From a virus: a stretch of DNA of 64,000 nt. Shown one piece after another: positions 9,604-19,657 of the stretch. The stretch spans positions 1-64,000 of the IMG/VR virus record IMGVR_UViG_3300044815_000165, one strand, 5' to 3'. The notes beneath the pieces are model-generated. The model saw only the letters and a program-made list of their open reading frames with translations, was not told where the DNA came from and ran no database searches. A program made the position numbers and the translations under genes. The stretch's first letter is position 1; every line of letters begins with the position of its first letter.

Positions 9604-10011
9604 ATGACCGACTCCAAAACCCAGGTCCGCGACATCAGCAAGTCCGAGCAGGCGAAGAAGCTCGAACTCACGAAGACGTTCAACATCGACCATCCGGGTG
9701 AGGACGGGGAACGCAAGCTCGGCGAGTTCACGATCCATCGCGCCACGATCGGCGACCTCATGCGCTACGGCGTCATCAAGGCGCGGCTGTGCGGCGGCGA
9801 GAACGTCGACACCGGGTGCGCGTGGATGGCGGAGATGGTCGCGCTCTGTCGCGTGTGCATCGACGACGCGCCGAAGTGGTGGAAGCCCGAGGACAGCTTT
9901 GACGAGGGGCTGCTCGCAGCTGTCTATGACCAGGTGAGGGAGTTCCAAAACTCCTTTCGAGACCGCAGCGTTCCAGAACTTCGGACAGCTCCTTCGGACG
10001 GAAGCACTTAG
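9604..10011 (+). CDS. Tail assembly chaperone (G)
   Basis: GEFTIHRATIGDLM..APKWW..YDQVREFQNSFR; lies between tube and tape measure. Confidence 0.8.
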   Translation: MTDSKTQVRDISKSEQAKKLELTKTFNIDHPGEDGERKLGEFTIHRATIGDLMRYGVIKARLCGGENVDTGCAWMAEMVALCRVCIDDAPKWWKPEDSFDEGLLAAVYDQVREFQNSFRDRSVPELRTAPSDGST

Positions 10012-10408
10012 ACGCGTCGAGGAGGACTGGCTCGAGCGGTGGTGGTGCAAGAAGTACAACCGTCCTCGCAAGGACCCGGTACTCTCCACGTACACCGTCG
10101 AGGAGCTGTTCGTGGAGTACATGGAGGACCGCATCGAACTCGATCCGTCCGAAGCGTACTCTCCGATCGAGGAAGAGAACGGGACCGTCACCTACGTGAC
10201 GGGTGACCCGCTCATCGACTCGATCGAGAAGCAGATCGCGGAGGGCAAGGACCCGACCGCCGACTTCGGTCCCGAGGTGACGGCGTGGCTCAAGAAGTCG
10301 AAGAAGAAGAACGCTAAGACCGCGAGCCCGACACCAGCTCCGCCACCGCCGGACGACGGCATGCCTCCTGACGAGGTAGACACGTACAAGGGAGGAAAGC
10401 GTGGCTAA
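9959..10408 (+). CDS. Tail assembly chaperone C-terminal extension (T), probably reached by +1 frameshift
   Basis: Frame open from 9938 without a good start; WWCKKYNRPRKDPVLSTYTVEELFVEY and TGDPLID motifs; TCC TTT CGA at 9952-9960. Confidence 0.7.
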   Translation, partial: ETAAFQNFGQLLRTEALRRVEEDWLERWWCKKYNRPRKDPVLSTYTVEELFVEYMEDRIELDPSEAYSPIEEENGTVTYVTGDPLIDSIEKQIAEGKDPTADFGPEVTAWLKKSKKKNAKTASPTPAPPPPDDGMPPDEVDTYKGGKRG

Positions 10409-12800
10409 CGACGACGTGAAGATCGGGCTGTCCGCGGATCTCTCGACAGCCCAGCGTGACGGCGAGGCGTACATGGACGCCTTCCTGAAGGGCGTGAAGT
10501 CGCGCACGAGCGCGAACCCGTTCACGCCGATGACGCTCGGCAACGGGATGCAGACGACCGGAGGTCCGTCGACGCAGGATCCGATCGCTGCGGTGCTCAG
10601 CAAGATCCTATCGACGCTGCAGATGGGGTTCGCGCAGGGACTGCCCGGAGCACCGGGGGCCGCCGGCGCCGGCGCGGCTCCACCCGGCGGGGCAGCGAAG
10701 CCGGCGTACGCGCCGTACACGCCGCCTGCCGGACGCTTCGGCAGCAACGAGGACGGCACCATCGACTGGAAGCGCATCGGTGGCGCCGTCAACCGCACAC
10801 CGATGCAGCAGATCGCGAACACGTATCAGGGCGGCGGATACCAGACCGACGTCGCCGGGCTCGCGTCCAACGTCGCCGGCAACATCCCGATCTTCGGTCC
10901 GGCGCTGAAGCAGTTCGGCGAGATGATCACCGGGACGCTCAAGCAGCGCGACGGCGCCCTCGAGCAATCGCTCGACATGTTCCGCAGCGGCGGCAAGCAG
11001 GCGTGGGGAAACTTCCGCAACATGATGACGGGCGGTCCCAACGACACGGGGCAAGCCGCCAACCACAGGATGATGTATTGGAGCGGGCTCTCGCACGGCG
11101 AGGTCGGCTCGCTGATGAAGCAGCAGAACTCCTACGGACGCACGGGCGGCGCGATGGAGGGCCTCGCAGGACTCCAGGGCTTCTACGGGCTCGGCAGCCA
11201 GGGCGCGAGCTACATGACGTCGCTCGTGCACGGCGGTGACTTCGTCGGACGCAAGGACACGGCGAAGGGTCAGGACGTCGAGAAGCGTGCGTTCGCCGAG
11301 GTGATGGCCGTCGCGATCGGCACGCAGCTCGATCGCGGTCGGTGGGGTGAGGCGTTCACCGCGATGACGCGCGCGGCAAGCTCGGTGACGACGGGCGATG
11401 TCGATCGTCACGCACTCCTTGCGCGCCAGCAGTTCATCGGGCAGATGGGCGATCGCTTCAAGGGCGACACCGCGTCGGCGCAGACGATGAACAACGTCAT
11501 GAGCGGTCTCCAAGGAGGACAGGGCGGCGGCGTCGCGAACATCTTCGCGTTGCAGACGGCCTTCCAACAAGGTGCGGGGAGCTACGGCGAGGCGAGCATG
11601 ATGGTGGCGCGCGGCCAGGCGAAGGGCGGCATCGATCTCAAGCTCCAACTCCAGCGCTTCGCGAAGATGCCGCTCGTGGCCGACTACCTGAATTCTCCGA
11701 TCGACTCGTCGAAGGCGCTCGGAGATGCGTCGTTGTACCTCTCGATGATGCTCCCCGGGTACAAGCGATCGGACATCGAGGCGCTCCTCCGAGGCATGCG
11801 CAAGGAGGGCGGCGGCGCGCGCTTCCCGGAACCGATCTCGGTCGACACCACGCGCGTGATGGAGGCCCAGCTCTCGATGAACGGACCTGGCGGTCAACGC
11901 CTTCCCGAGCGCGAGAGCGATCTCATCCGCAGCCAGATCGACAAGGGAGACATGTGGAACGAGAACGCGATCGGGCCGACGCGCGTCTCTGATCTGGGAC
12001 GCAGCGTCGAGAATCAAGACGAGGCCGATTACCGCGTGAGTGGTCTCGATGCAGCGCAACCCTCCAACCAGGGCGCGCGCCTGCGCGAGGTCGGCACGAA
12101 CAACTACAACGGATCCATTGAGCAGCGCGGAGCATCGTCGAGCGGAGACATGACGAGTCCCGACTTCATGAAGAAGTACACGCGCGCGGGTGGACGCTTC
12201 GGTGCCACGGGTGCGGATCGCAAGAACCCGCACGGCGGCGTCGATCTCGAGTTGGGCTCGCAGGCGTCGGTGTACTCGCCCGTCGACGGCACCGTGCGTG
12301 CGTCGCGCATCGGGACCGGGCAAGAGGTCGGGTTCGGTGTGACGATCGTCGCCGACGACACGGGCTACGAGCACGGCGTGTTCCATCTCGATCCCAAGAC
12401 CGTCGGACCGGGCATCAAGTCCGGCGCGCGCGTGCGCAAGGGGCAGTTCCTCGGGAAGCTCTTCAAGGGCAAGGCGTTCACGTCGGGCGTGCCGAACCAC
12501 ACCCACTACCAGGTGAAGGACAAGGACGGCCAGGTCATGGATCCGGGCAAGGTGCAGGACATGAGCGATCTGCAGAAGGCGTCGCCGGATCAGCCCGTCA
12601 TGACGCCAGCCGCAGCGCCGCAGAACGGCGCGCCGACGACGCAGGGTCCCGTCATGTCACCGACCGCGTCCGCCGGCGGCGGTGGTGTCGACGTCAACGT
12701 GTACGTGTACGACGGACGCATCTCCGTGCAGCGTGTCGCCGCGAATCGTCGACAGCACGGCGCGCCCGGGACGCTCGGCGGGAAGAAGCGGATCGGATGA
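10401..12800 (+). CDS. Tape measure protein with C-terminal M23 peptidase domain
   Basis: GGAGG RBS; G/A/Q-rich helical body; HGGVDL..VYSPVDGTV..HGVFHL..NHTHYQV M23 motifs. Confidence 0.8.
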   Translation: MANDDVKIGLSADLSTAQRDGEAYMDAFLKGVKSRTSANPFTPMTLGNGMQTTGGPSTQDPIAAVLSKILSTLQMGFAQGLPGAPGAAGAGAAPPGGAAKPAYAPYTPPAGRFGSNEDGTIDWKRIGGAVNRTPMQQIANTYQGGGYQTDVAGLASNVAGNIPIFGPALKQFGEMITGTLKQRDGALEQSLDMFRSGGKQAWGNFRNMMTGGPNDTGQAANHRMMYWSGLSHGEVGSLMKQQNSYGRTGGAMEGLAGLQGFYGLGSQGASYMTSLVHGGDFVGRKDTAKGQDVEKRAFAEVMAVAIGTQLDRGRWGEAFTAMTRAASSVTTGDVDRHALLARQQFIGQMGDRFKGDTASAQTMNNVMSGLQGGQGGGVANIFALQTAFQQGAGSYGEASMMVARGQAKGGIDLKLQLQRFAKMPLVADYLNSPIDSSKALGDASLYLSMMLPGYKRSDIEALLRGMRKEGGGARFPEPISVDTTRVMEAQLSMNGPGGQRLPERESDLIRSQIDKGDMWNENAIGPTRVSDLGRSVENQDEADYRVSGLDAAQPSNQGARLREVGTNNYNGSIEQRGASSSGDMTSPDFMKKYTRAGGRFGATGADRKNPHGGVDLELGSQASVYSPVDGTVRASRIGTGQEVGFGVTIVADDTGYEHGVFHLDPKTVGPGIKSGARVRKGQFLGKLFKGKAFTSGVPNHTHYQVKDKDGQVMDPGKVQDMSDLQKASPDQPVMTPAAAPQNGAPTTQGPVMSPTASAGGGGVDVNVYVYDGRISVQRVAANRRQHGAPGTLGGKKRIG

Positions 12801-14515
12801 CCACGCGAAACGTCAGCACGTCGTGCGACGTCCTGTGGGTGTCGCGCACGATCGACAACCAGGTCGCGGCGCTCCTCGACGACAAGCAGCGGCCCGCGGT
12901 GAACATTCGCGACGTGACCCAACGTCTCGTGCAAGCCGGCGCGCACTGGCTGTCGAGCGACTCGCTGGAGTCGGAGCGGAGCGCGCTCGCGCTCTACCCG
13001 AACGGTTCCGCGTACAGCGACATCGTGCAGGCGTCGTGGAGCAAGGACACGAGTTCGCCCGCCGGCGTGTTCACGGCGCAGCTCGTGCCGCGCCTGCCGT
13101 TCGACGAGATCATCGCGCCGGGCGATCTTCTCGTCATCTTCATGGACAACGATCACAGGTTCTTCGAGTCCGAGCGCGAGCACGGCACGCTCATCACGTT
13201 CGCGATCGTGGATCGCGTGTCGGCGTCGACGAGCGCCGGCGGAGCTGGCGAGACGACGGACACGTACTCGCTCACGAGTCGTGACCTCGGCGTCATCTTC
13301 CAGAAGACCGAGACGGTGTGGGACAAGGCATTCGCTCAGATCGACCAGCTGTACTTCGACGCCGCGTACGTCAAGCGCATCTCAGACATCGGTGCGGCGT
13401 CGCTCGGACCATCCGAGTCGGTCCTCACGTTGCTCGACCTGATCTTCAACCAGAACGCGACCAACTCGACCATCGTCGGCGCGCAGTGGTCGTTCCCTCG
13501 CGGCACGAACGGCAGCGGACGTCCGCTCTCGCTGCTGTCGCTCCTCGACGTCTCCTCCTACGTGCAGACGCCGATGTTCGGTTTCACGCTCGCCAACTCG
13601 CCCGGCATCGTGCAGGCAGGCAACGCGTGGTCGCTGCTCGAGGGCTATGCGAATCGCGTGGTGAACGAGTTCTTCGTCGACGTGCGCGACCGCGAGTCGC
13701 AGGACGAGGAGCTGTACGATCACCTCGAGTCGATCGCCGCGTCGTTCTGTTCTCCCGGCGACGTCCTGCGACAGAACGCGCTGAAGAAGCACCTCGCGCA
13801 GTCCGGCGCGTTCAACCGCAGCGTCCTCAACACGATCGACACCGACCGCGCGCCGGTCATGGCGCTCATCCACCGGCAGCTGCCGTACGACCACGACGCG
13901 TTCATGCGACTGCCCGTGGTCGACCTCGACCACACCGAGGTGTTCGACGTCGAGACAGCCACCTCGAGCCACGACGTCGCCAACTTCTTCAAGATCCGAT
14001 TCCCCGATCTCGAGGAAGCCGCGCAGGAACTGATCTACGGCGTGAAGCTCAACATCGACTCGATCCGGAGGCACGGCGTCTGCCGCATGGAGGTCGAGTC
14101 GCGCTTCATGTTCACGACGTCGCTGCTCGGCGATGCATACGCGAACGGGACCGGCATCCCCGTGTTCGGCGACGTGTTCGACTACTACATCGAGCTGCTG
14201 TCGACGTGGTACGCCGCGAACGACTTCCTGAGAGCCGGCAGCATCGCGTGCCGCTACCGTCCCGACATTCGCTGCGGCACGCGCCTCCGCTACCAGTCGG
14301 TGCGCGGCGTCGAGCTGAACTACTACATCCAGGGCGTGAACCACACGTTCGGGCGCGGCGAGGGCCAGAGCCAGTCGATGCTCACCGTGGTGCGCGGATT
14401 CCAGAGCGGGCTCGGTGGCGTCGCCAACAACCTCTTCTGGGGCGGGAAAGCCGGCAACCGGATCCCACCGAACCTGGCGAAGTTCATCACCATCAACCCG
14501 CTGCGAGGTGACTGA
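12797..14515 (+). CDS. Baseplate hub protein
   Basis: SWSKDTSSPAGVFTAQL, AGSIACRYRPDIRCGTRL, YYIQGVNHTF..LTVVRG typical of gpD/gp27-like hubs. Confidence 0.8.
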   Translation: MTTRNVSTSCDVLWVSRTIDNQVAALLDDKQRPAVNIRDVTQRLVQAGAHWLSSDSLESERSALALYPNGSAYSDIVQASWSKDTSSPAGVFTAQLVPRLPFDEIIAPGDLLVIFMDNDHRFFESEREHGTLITFAIVDRVSASTSAGGAGETTDTYSLTSRDLGVIFQKTETVWDKAFAQIDQLYFDAAYVKRISDIGAASLGPSESVLTLLDLIFNQNATNSTIVGAQWSFPRGTNGSGRPLSLLSLLDVSSYVQTPMFGFTLANSPGIVQAGNAWSLLEGYANRVVNEFFVDVRDRESQDEELYDHLESIAASFCSPGDVLRQNALKKHLAQSGAFNRSVLNTIDTDRAPVMALIHRQLPYDHDAFMRLPVVDLDHTEVFDVETATSSHDVANFFKIRFPDLEEAAQELIYGVKLNIDSIRRHGVCRMEVESRFMFTTSLLGDAYANGTGIPVFGDVFDYYIELLSTWYAANDFLRAGSIACRYRPDIRCGTRLRYQSVRGVELNYYIQGVNHTFGRGEGQSQSMLTVVRGFQSGLGGVANNLFWGGKAGNRIPPNLAKFITINPLRGD

Positions 14516-15354
14516 TGAGCGACGACACCGCGTACGACGGCACGCCTCTTCAGGCGGGCATGATGGAGCAGCAGCTGACTGGACACGATCCCGGCTACAG
14601 CATCGCCGGGCTGCGCGAGATGGTCGTGGTCGAGCGCTACTTCGTCGGATCGCCGGGCAACCGATCGCGCTCCTACGTCGAGTACGCGTGCCGCGACATC
14701 AAGTCCGGCGACGTGATCCCGGGATGCCGCCGCCTGGACGTGATGAACGGACTCGACAACGGCGACGACAACGTGCTCCACCCGGCGACCAAGCTTCGCG
14801 TCGGTGCACCGGGTAAGTTCACGCGGCAGACGCCGGCCAACGACACCGACGGAGACCGCGTGCTCGTCGGGTTCGTCGAGGGTTCGCGCAACCGCCCCAT
14901 CATCCTCGGGGTGCTGCGCCCCAACGGGTCGACGTACGGCGCGAAGCTGATCGACGGAGAGCGGCGCCTGACCAAGCACCAGGGCACGACCATCGAGATC
15001 AAGAGCGACGGCGCGTACGTGGTCACAGGATCTGATGTCGTGAAGATCGCTGGCCAACACGTAGACGTCGAGGGCTCCGCGTTCGCGCACGTGAGCAGCG
15101 ATCAAGAGGTCCAGCTCGAGGCTCCGCAGGTGAAGCTCGGCGCGAACGCCGTCCAGCCCGTGATCCGCGCGCTCGACTTCGACGCCAACGTGCTCGTGCC
15201 GATCGGTGCCGCCGCTGCTGCATTTCAGATCGCGCTTCTGACGGCAGTCACGCCCGCCAACATCATCGCCGGATTGAACACCTTCCTGCAGGCGATCCAG
15301 ACATCGGTCGGGCAGTTCTCCACCGCCGTGTCGACCAAGGTGAACGTAGAATAG
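14515..15354 (+). CDS. Baseplate central spike (gpV/gp5-like)
   Basis: GDRVLVGFVEGSRNRPIILGVL OB-fold signature, then short beta repeats and VKLG..QPVIR..STKVNVE tip. Confidence 0.8.
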   Translation: MSDDTAYDGTPLQAGMMEQQLTGHDPGYSIAGLREMVVVERYFVGSPGNRSRSYVEYACRDIKSGDVIPGCRRLDVMNGLDNGDDNVLHPATKLRVGAPGKFTRQTPANDTDGDRVLVGFVEGSRNRPIILGVLRPNGSTYGAKLIDGERRLTKHQGTTIEIKSDGAYVVTGSDVVKIAGQHVDVEGSAFAHVSSDQEVQLEAPQVKLGANAVQPVIRALDFDANVLVPIGAAAAAFQIALLTAVTPANIIAGLNTFLQAIQTSVGQFSTAVSTKVNVE

Positions 15355-15360
15355 AAGACC

Positions 15361-17547
15361 ATGGCCCCCCGACGTCCGACACAGCCTGACCTCGAGTTCG
15401 CGAAGCGCTTCGCGAAGTCGTCTCGCTACGCGTTCTACATGCGTCGTGACGCCGGGCCTGACGGCGTCGAGGACATCCAGCAGATCGACTCCGAGCGCTT
15501 CGTGGTGCTCGACCTCAACCCGCAGCAGATCAGCATGCGCGAGCCGAAGGCGACGGCGATCCGCATGACGCAGGGTGGCGGTAAGATCGTCGAGAAGCGC
15601 GGCAACCTCCTCAAGCCCATGACCATCTCCGGCACCACCGGATGGACGCCGCTGCCCGAGGGTCACAGCCTTCATGCTTCGATCGGCCGTGCGACCGACA
15701 GGATCGTCAGCCCTTCGGGCGCGCTGCGTCGCGGATCGCTCGTCCCGCTCAACGTCGCGCAGCTGGACACCGTGCTCGCGCAGCGCTCTGGCTTCTGGGC
15801 GTTCCACCGCCTGCGTCACCTCTTCCGGCTCTACGACTGGTACGCGGAGCAGGGCGACACGACCTACACGTTCAACTACATCGACACGAAGAACGACGAG
15901 TATTGGCGCATCGAGCCGAGCGACTTCGTGCTGCAGCGTTCGTCGAAGAAGCCGTTCGCGTACGACTACCAGATCAACTTCCAGTGCATCGAGCTGTCCA
16001 CCTCGACGAGCCGCAGCCTCGACGAGATCTCGCTCGCGTTCCTCGGCCTCAGCAACACGAGCGTCACCGACCCGAGCGTGCTGCAGACGGTGCGGCGTCT
16101 CGACGAGCTGCATGGTTCGGGGCTCGACTACCTCAAGCACATCTCCGGCAAGGCGCAGATCGCGTTCCAGGGAACGCTCGCGAAGGTGAACGCAGTCGTC
16201 GGACACATCGAGGACGTGGACGACGGGATCCGCACCATCGGCAACACGGCGCTCGTCCTCCTCTCCCAGCTCGACAACTCGCTCTCGGGCATGGCCGACG
16301 TCATCGGGCAGCTCGCCGAGGACATCGCCGCGGGCAAGCAGTTCATCCTCGACGGCAGCATGATCGGAGACCTCAACGAGTGGCACGTCGAGACGCGCAA
16401 GCTCACCGACTTCCTGCTCAACGACCTCAGCCGCATCGCCGGGACGACGTGGAACTCAGGCATCGGGACGATCGTGACGGCGTTCTCTGCCGGCGCCGGC
16501 AAGCTCGGCACGGCGACGTCGCTCATGCGCACCACCGAGGGAGCCATCGGATCGCCTGACGCCGATCCGTATCTCGGTCGGAGCGGGCTCGGTCTCGTCA
16601 CCAACATGAAGAAGCTGACGTCGCTCACGTCGACCGCGATCGTCACGGTGAACTACGGCGAGAACATCTTCTCCTTCGCGCAGCGGGTGCTCGGCGACGC
16701 GCAGCGCTTCGTCGACATCGTCCTGATCAACAACCTGAGCGCGCCGTACATCGTCGCGAACGGCGTGACCAAGCCGAGCGGCACGGTCGCGTGGGGTGAG
16801 ACCCTCACCGTTCCCGCGGTCGACTCCGATTCGCTCGTCAACCCTGGGTCCACCACCGACACGACGTCGTCGTTCTCGAGCACCGTCACGTCGACGGGAA
16901 CCTCGTTCGAGGTCATCGACACGCGCGCGATCGACGACGGGCTTCCTGGTTGGAGCATCGACCAGTGGATCGGTTTCACGGTGACGATCACGGTCGGCGG
17001 CATCTCGGAGTCGCGCCTCGTCACGAGCAACACCGCGAGCGCGCTGATCACCAACCTGCCGTGGACGACGGCGCCTGACGTCGGCGACGAGTACAGCATC
17101 GACCTCGTGCTGTTCGATGCGCGCCGTCCGCGCACTTCGGCGGATCGCGTGTTCGGCACCGACCTCCTCCTGCGGTGGCAACCCGCCGCGGGCGGGTCGT
17201 CCTCCAACCTGCTCGCCGACATCGTCATCAACGCTTCGCGCGACCTCGCGCTCGCGCGCGGCGAGGACAACTACCTCCAGGCGATGAACATCCGCATGCG
17301 GACCGAGCAAGGGATGCTCCTGATGCACCCGTCGTTCGGGGTCCAGATGCCCGTCGGACGTCCGTGGTCGGAGGACATCGCGATCTTGTACATCTTCAAC
17401 GCCAAGCAGTCGCTGCTCGAGGATCCTCGGACCGCCGAGGTCACCAACACGGCCATCACCCTCGAAGGCAGCGCGTACACCTTCTCCGCGACGGTGCGTC
17501 CCGTGAACGTGAAGAACTCTCGACCTGTCTCTGTTACGGTACCGTGA
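15361..17547 (+). CDS. Fused tube-initiator + LysM + gp25/gpW-like sheath initiator
   Basis: LNPQQISMREP..TQGG..TISGTTGW; VNYGENIFSFAQRVLGDAQRFVDIVLINNL..GETLTVP; FGTDL..DLALARGEDNYLQA..HPSFG..LLEDPR. Confidence 0.75.
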   Translation: MAPRRPTQPDLEFAKRFAKSSRYAFYMRRDAGPDGVEDIQQIDSERFVVLDLNPQQISMREPKATAIRMTQGGGKIVEKRGNLLKPMTISGTTGWTPLPEGHSLHASIGRATDRIVSPSGALRRGSLVPLNVAQLDTVLAQRSGFWAFHRLRHLFRLYDWYAEQGDTTYTFNYIDTKNDEYWRIEPSDFVLQRSSKKPFAYDYQINFQCIELSTSTSRSLDEISLAFLGLSNTSVTDPSVLQTVRRLDELHGSGLDYLKHISGKAQIAFQGTLAKVNAVVGHIEDVDDGIRTIGNTALVLLSQLDNSLSGMADVIGQLAEDIAAGKQFILDGSMIGDLNEWHVETRKLTDFLLNDLSRIAGTTWNSGIGTIVTAFSAGAGKLGTATSLMRTTEGAIGSPDADPYLGRSGLGLVTNMKKLTSLTSTAIVTVNYGENIFSFAQRVLGDAQRFVDIVLINNLSAPYIVANGVTKPSGTVAWGETLTVPAVDSDSLVNPGSTTDTTSSFSSTVTSTGTSFEVIDTRAIDDGLPGWSIDQWIGFTVTITVGGISESRLVTSNTASALITNLPWTTAPDVGDEYSIDLVLFDARRPRTSADRVFGTDLLLRWQPAAGGSSSNLLADIVINASRDLALARGEDNYLQAMNIRMRTEQGMLLMHPSFGVQMPVGRPWSEDIAILYIFNAKQSLLEDPRTAEVTNTAITLEGSAYTFSATVRPVNVKNSRPVSVTVP

Positions 17548-17556
17548 GGATCACCG

Positions 17557-19656
17557 ATGACGACTGCATTCAGACTCAAGACGTCGCCAGAGATCCTGGC
17601 AACGATGGTCGCGCGGGCTCGTGTCCTCTGGCGTCTTCGCAACGGTGACGACGCGTTCGACCTCAACATCGGGTCGACCTTCCGCACCGTCCTCGAGAGC
17701 GCCGCCCTCAGCGACGCCGAGCAGTACATCCAGATCGGCAAGCTCCTCGCGCTGCGCTCGCTCGACGACGCGATGGACGACGACCTCGACGAGCTGGCGA
17801 AGCAGTTCGGGGCGGACATCTTCCCGCCGCTGAAGCGCCGGCCTCCGCGCACGTCCATCTCGAACGTCTCCGCCGGCGACGGCACGCTCGCCGCGTTCGG
17901 CCTGCTCGCGGTGGGCGCGTCCATCGGCGACACGGTCGTCACCCTATCGGACGGGTCGGAATTCAAGTCGTCCGGGGCTGTCACAATCGACGCAGGAACG
18001 GCGCAGGCCGAGACGATCATCTACACGCGCGCGGGCGACGTGCTCACGATCGTCTACCCGACGACGGGGCTCGCGACCTCGCACCAGGTCAACGCCGCCG
18101 TCAGGTTCATCTCCACGCGCAGCCAGCTGGCGTCGGGTGTGGCGATCGCCGCGACGTCCATCCCGCTCAAGCCGGGCACCGGAGCCGCGTGGGACCCGAC
18201 CGGTAGCGTGGTCCTCGATCGCGGCGCCGTGAACGAGGAGAAGCTCGCCTTCACGCGCACCGGCGACACCCTCACGGTCACGCCGACCACGTTCGCGCAC
18301 GCGATCGACACGTTCGCGTACCAGGCGACGAGCTTGTCGGGCAACCGCGTGGTGTCGGCAGGATCCGTGTGCTTCGTGCCCGCGACCGACGCGAGCAAGC
18401 AGATCAACTACCGCACCACGCTGAGCGGCGTGCTGCTCGACGGCGACATCGTTTCCGACCTCATCCCGGTGGAGTCGGTCGAGGCCGGCGTGCAGACGCT
18501 CGCGGGATCGAACTCCATCACGCGGTGGAGCGCCGCGCCGTTCACCGGCGCGACCGTCACCAACCCGATCGCGGCGACGCGCGGCGCGGACCGCGAGAAG
18601 AATGAGCCCTACCGCCAGCGCATCAAGGACTTCATCCAGAGCCTGTCGCGCGGCACGCCGCTCGCGATCGTCACGGGCATCAGCGGGCTCGAGGACCCGT
18701 CGACCGGACAGGTCGTCGCGTACGCGTCCATCATCGAGCCCGTCTCGCCGGGTCTCTCGTACGTCTACGTCACCGACGGCACCGCGACGTTCTCGCTCAC
18801 GCAGGTCCCGTTCATCGGTCGCGACGTCATCATCAGCGACGCCGAGGTCGGCGACGCGCGTGGGCGTCTCGGACAATACGGCCCGTTCAGCGTCGGCACG
18901 ACGCCGATCACGCCTCGCCTGTTCCGCTCGATCGAACGCGGCGCCGCCACGGACACGGGCGCGAACTACCTGGAGGACACGTCGCAGGCGATGGGCATCA
19001 ACGCCTACGCTGGCAAGTTCCTCAAGTCCGACGATGACCAGTTCTATCCGATCGTGTCGAACACCGCGATCCGCTTCATCGTGACCGCCGGCGGCGGCAC
19101 GCCTTCGCTCGGCAGCTACTCGGTGCATGACTTCACAACGTCGCCGCTTACGCCGGGCGTCGACTTCGACTTCAACGAGTCGAACGGCGACCTCGAGCTG
19201 ACCACGCCGCTGCTCGCGCACGACTCGCTCGTCGCCGCGAGCGACGGTGCCGGCGTCGGTGTCGGCGCGTACACGTACACGACCGGGCTCGGCGCCTACG
19301 TCCAGCGCGTCATCAACGGCGATCCGACGAACTTCACCGACTTCCCCGGGATCCGATCGTCCGGCACGAAGGTCGTCGTGCGCGCGCCGACCGTCGTGTC
19401 GCCGACCATCACCTTCCAGGTGGTCGCGGCGCGCGGCTTCACGGACGACCAGCTCCGTCCGTCCGTGACGACGGCGATGGTGGTGTCGGTCAACGCGGGC
19501 GGGCTCGGCGACAACATCGTCCTGTCGGAACTCATCCGTCAGGTCAAGGAGCTGCCCGGCGTGTTCGACGTGAAGCCGATCCTGCCGACCAGCAACATCG
19601 TCATCGGGAAGGACCAGATCGCACGCGTCACCTCCGACGACGTGGTGATCGCCTGA
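17557..19656 (+). CDS. Baseplate J-like wedge protein with inserted beta domains
   Basis: DLNIGSTFRTVLES, VTNPIAATRGADREKNEPYRQRIKDFIQSLSRGT, GLGDNIVLSELI..LPGVFDV. Confidence 0.88.
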   Translation: MTTAFRLKTSPEILATMVARARVLWRLRNGDDAFDLNIGSTFRTVLESAALSDAEQYIQIGKLLALRSLDDAMDDDLDELAKQFGADIFPPLKRRPPRTSISNVSAGDGTLAAFGLLAVGASIGDTVVTLSDGSEFKSSGAVTIDAGTAQAETIIYTRAGDVLTIVYPTTGLATSHQVNAAVRFISTRSQLASGVAIAATSIPLKPGTGAAWDPTGSVVLDRGAVNEEKLAFTRTGDTLTVTPTTFAHAIDTFAYQATSLSGNRVVSAGSVCFVPATDASKQINYRTTLSGVLLDGDIVSDLIPVESVEAGVQTLAGSNSITRWSAAPFTGATVTNPIAATRGADREKNEPYRQRIKDFIQSLSRGTPLAIVTGISGLEDPSTGQVVAYASIIEPVSPGLSYVYVTDGTATFSLTQVPFIGRDVIISDAEVGDARGRLGQYGPFSVGTTPITPRLFRSIERGAATDTGANYLEDTSQAMGINAYAGKFLKSDDDQFYPIVSNTAIRFIVTAGGGTPSLGSYSVHDFTTSPLTPGVDFDFNESNGDLELTTPLLAHDSLVAASDGAGVGVGAYTYTTGLGAYVQRVINGDPTNFTDFPGIRSSGTKVVVRAPTVVSPTITFQVVAARGFTDDQLRPSVTTAMVVSVNAGGLGDNIVLSELIRQVKELPGVFDVKPILPTSNIVIGKDQIARVTSDDVVIA

Positions 19657-19657
19657 C

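Noticed and set aside
9943-9951. -1 slippery site TTC CAA AAC in the chaperone gene
   Set aside because: Not a canonical X XXY YYZ heptamer, and the -1 frame gives non-coding-like sequence; the conserved-looking ORF is in +1
7277-19656. Extracellular contractile injection system or tailocin
   Set aside because: Capsid, neck and a full replication module are present, so this is a phage
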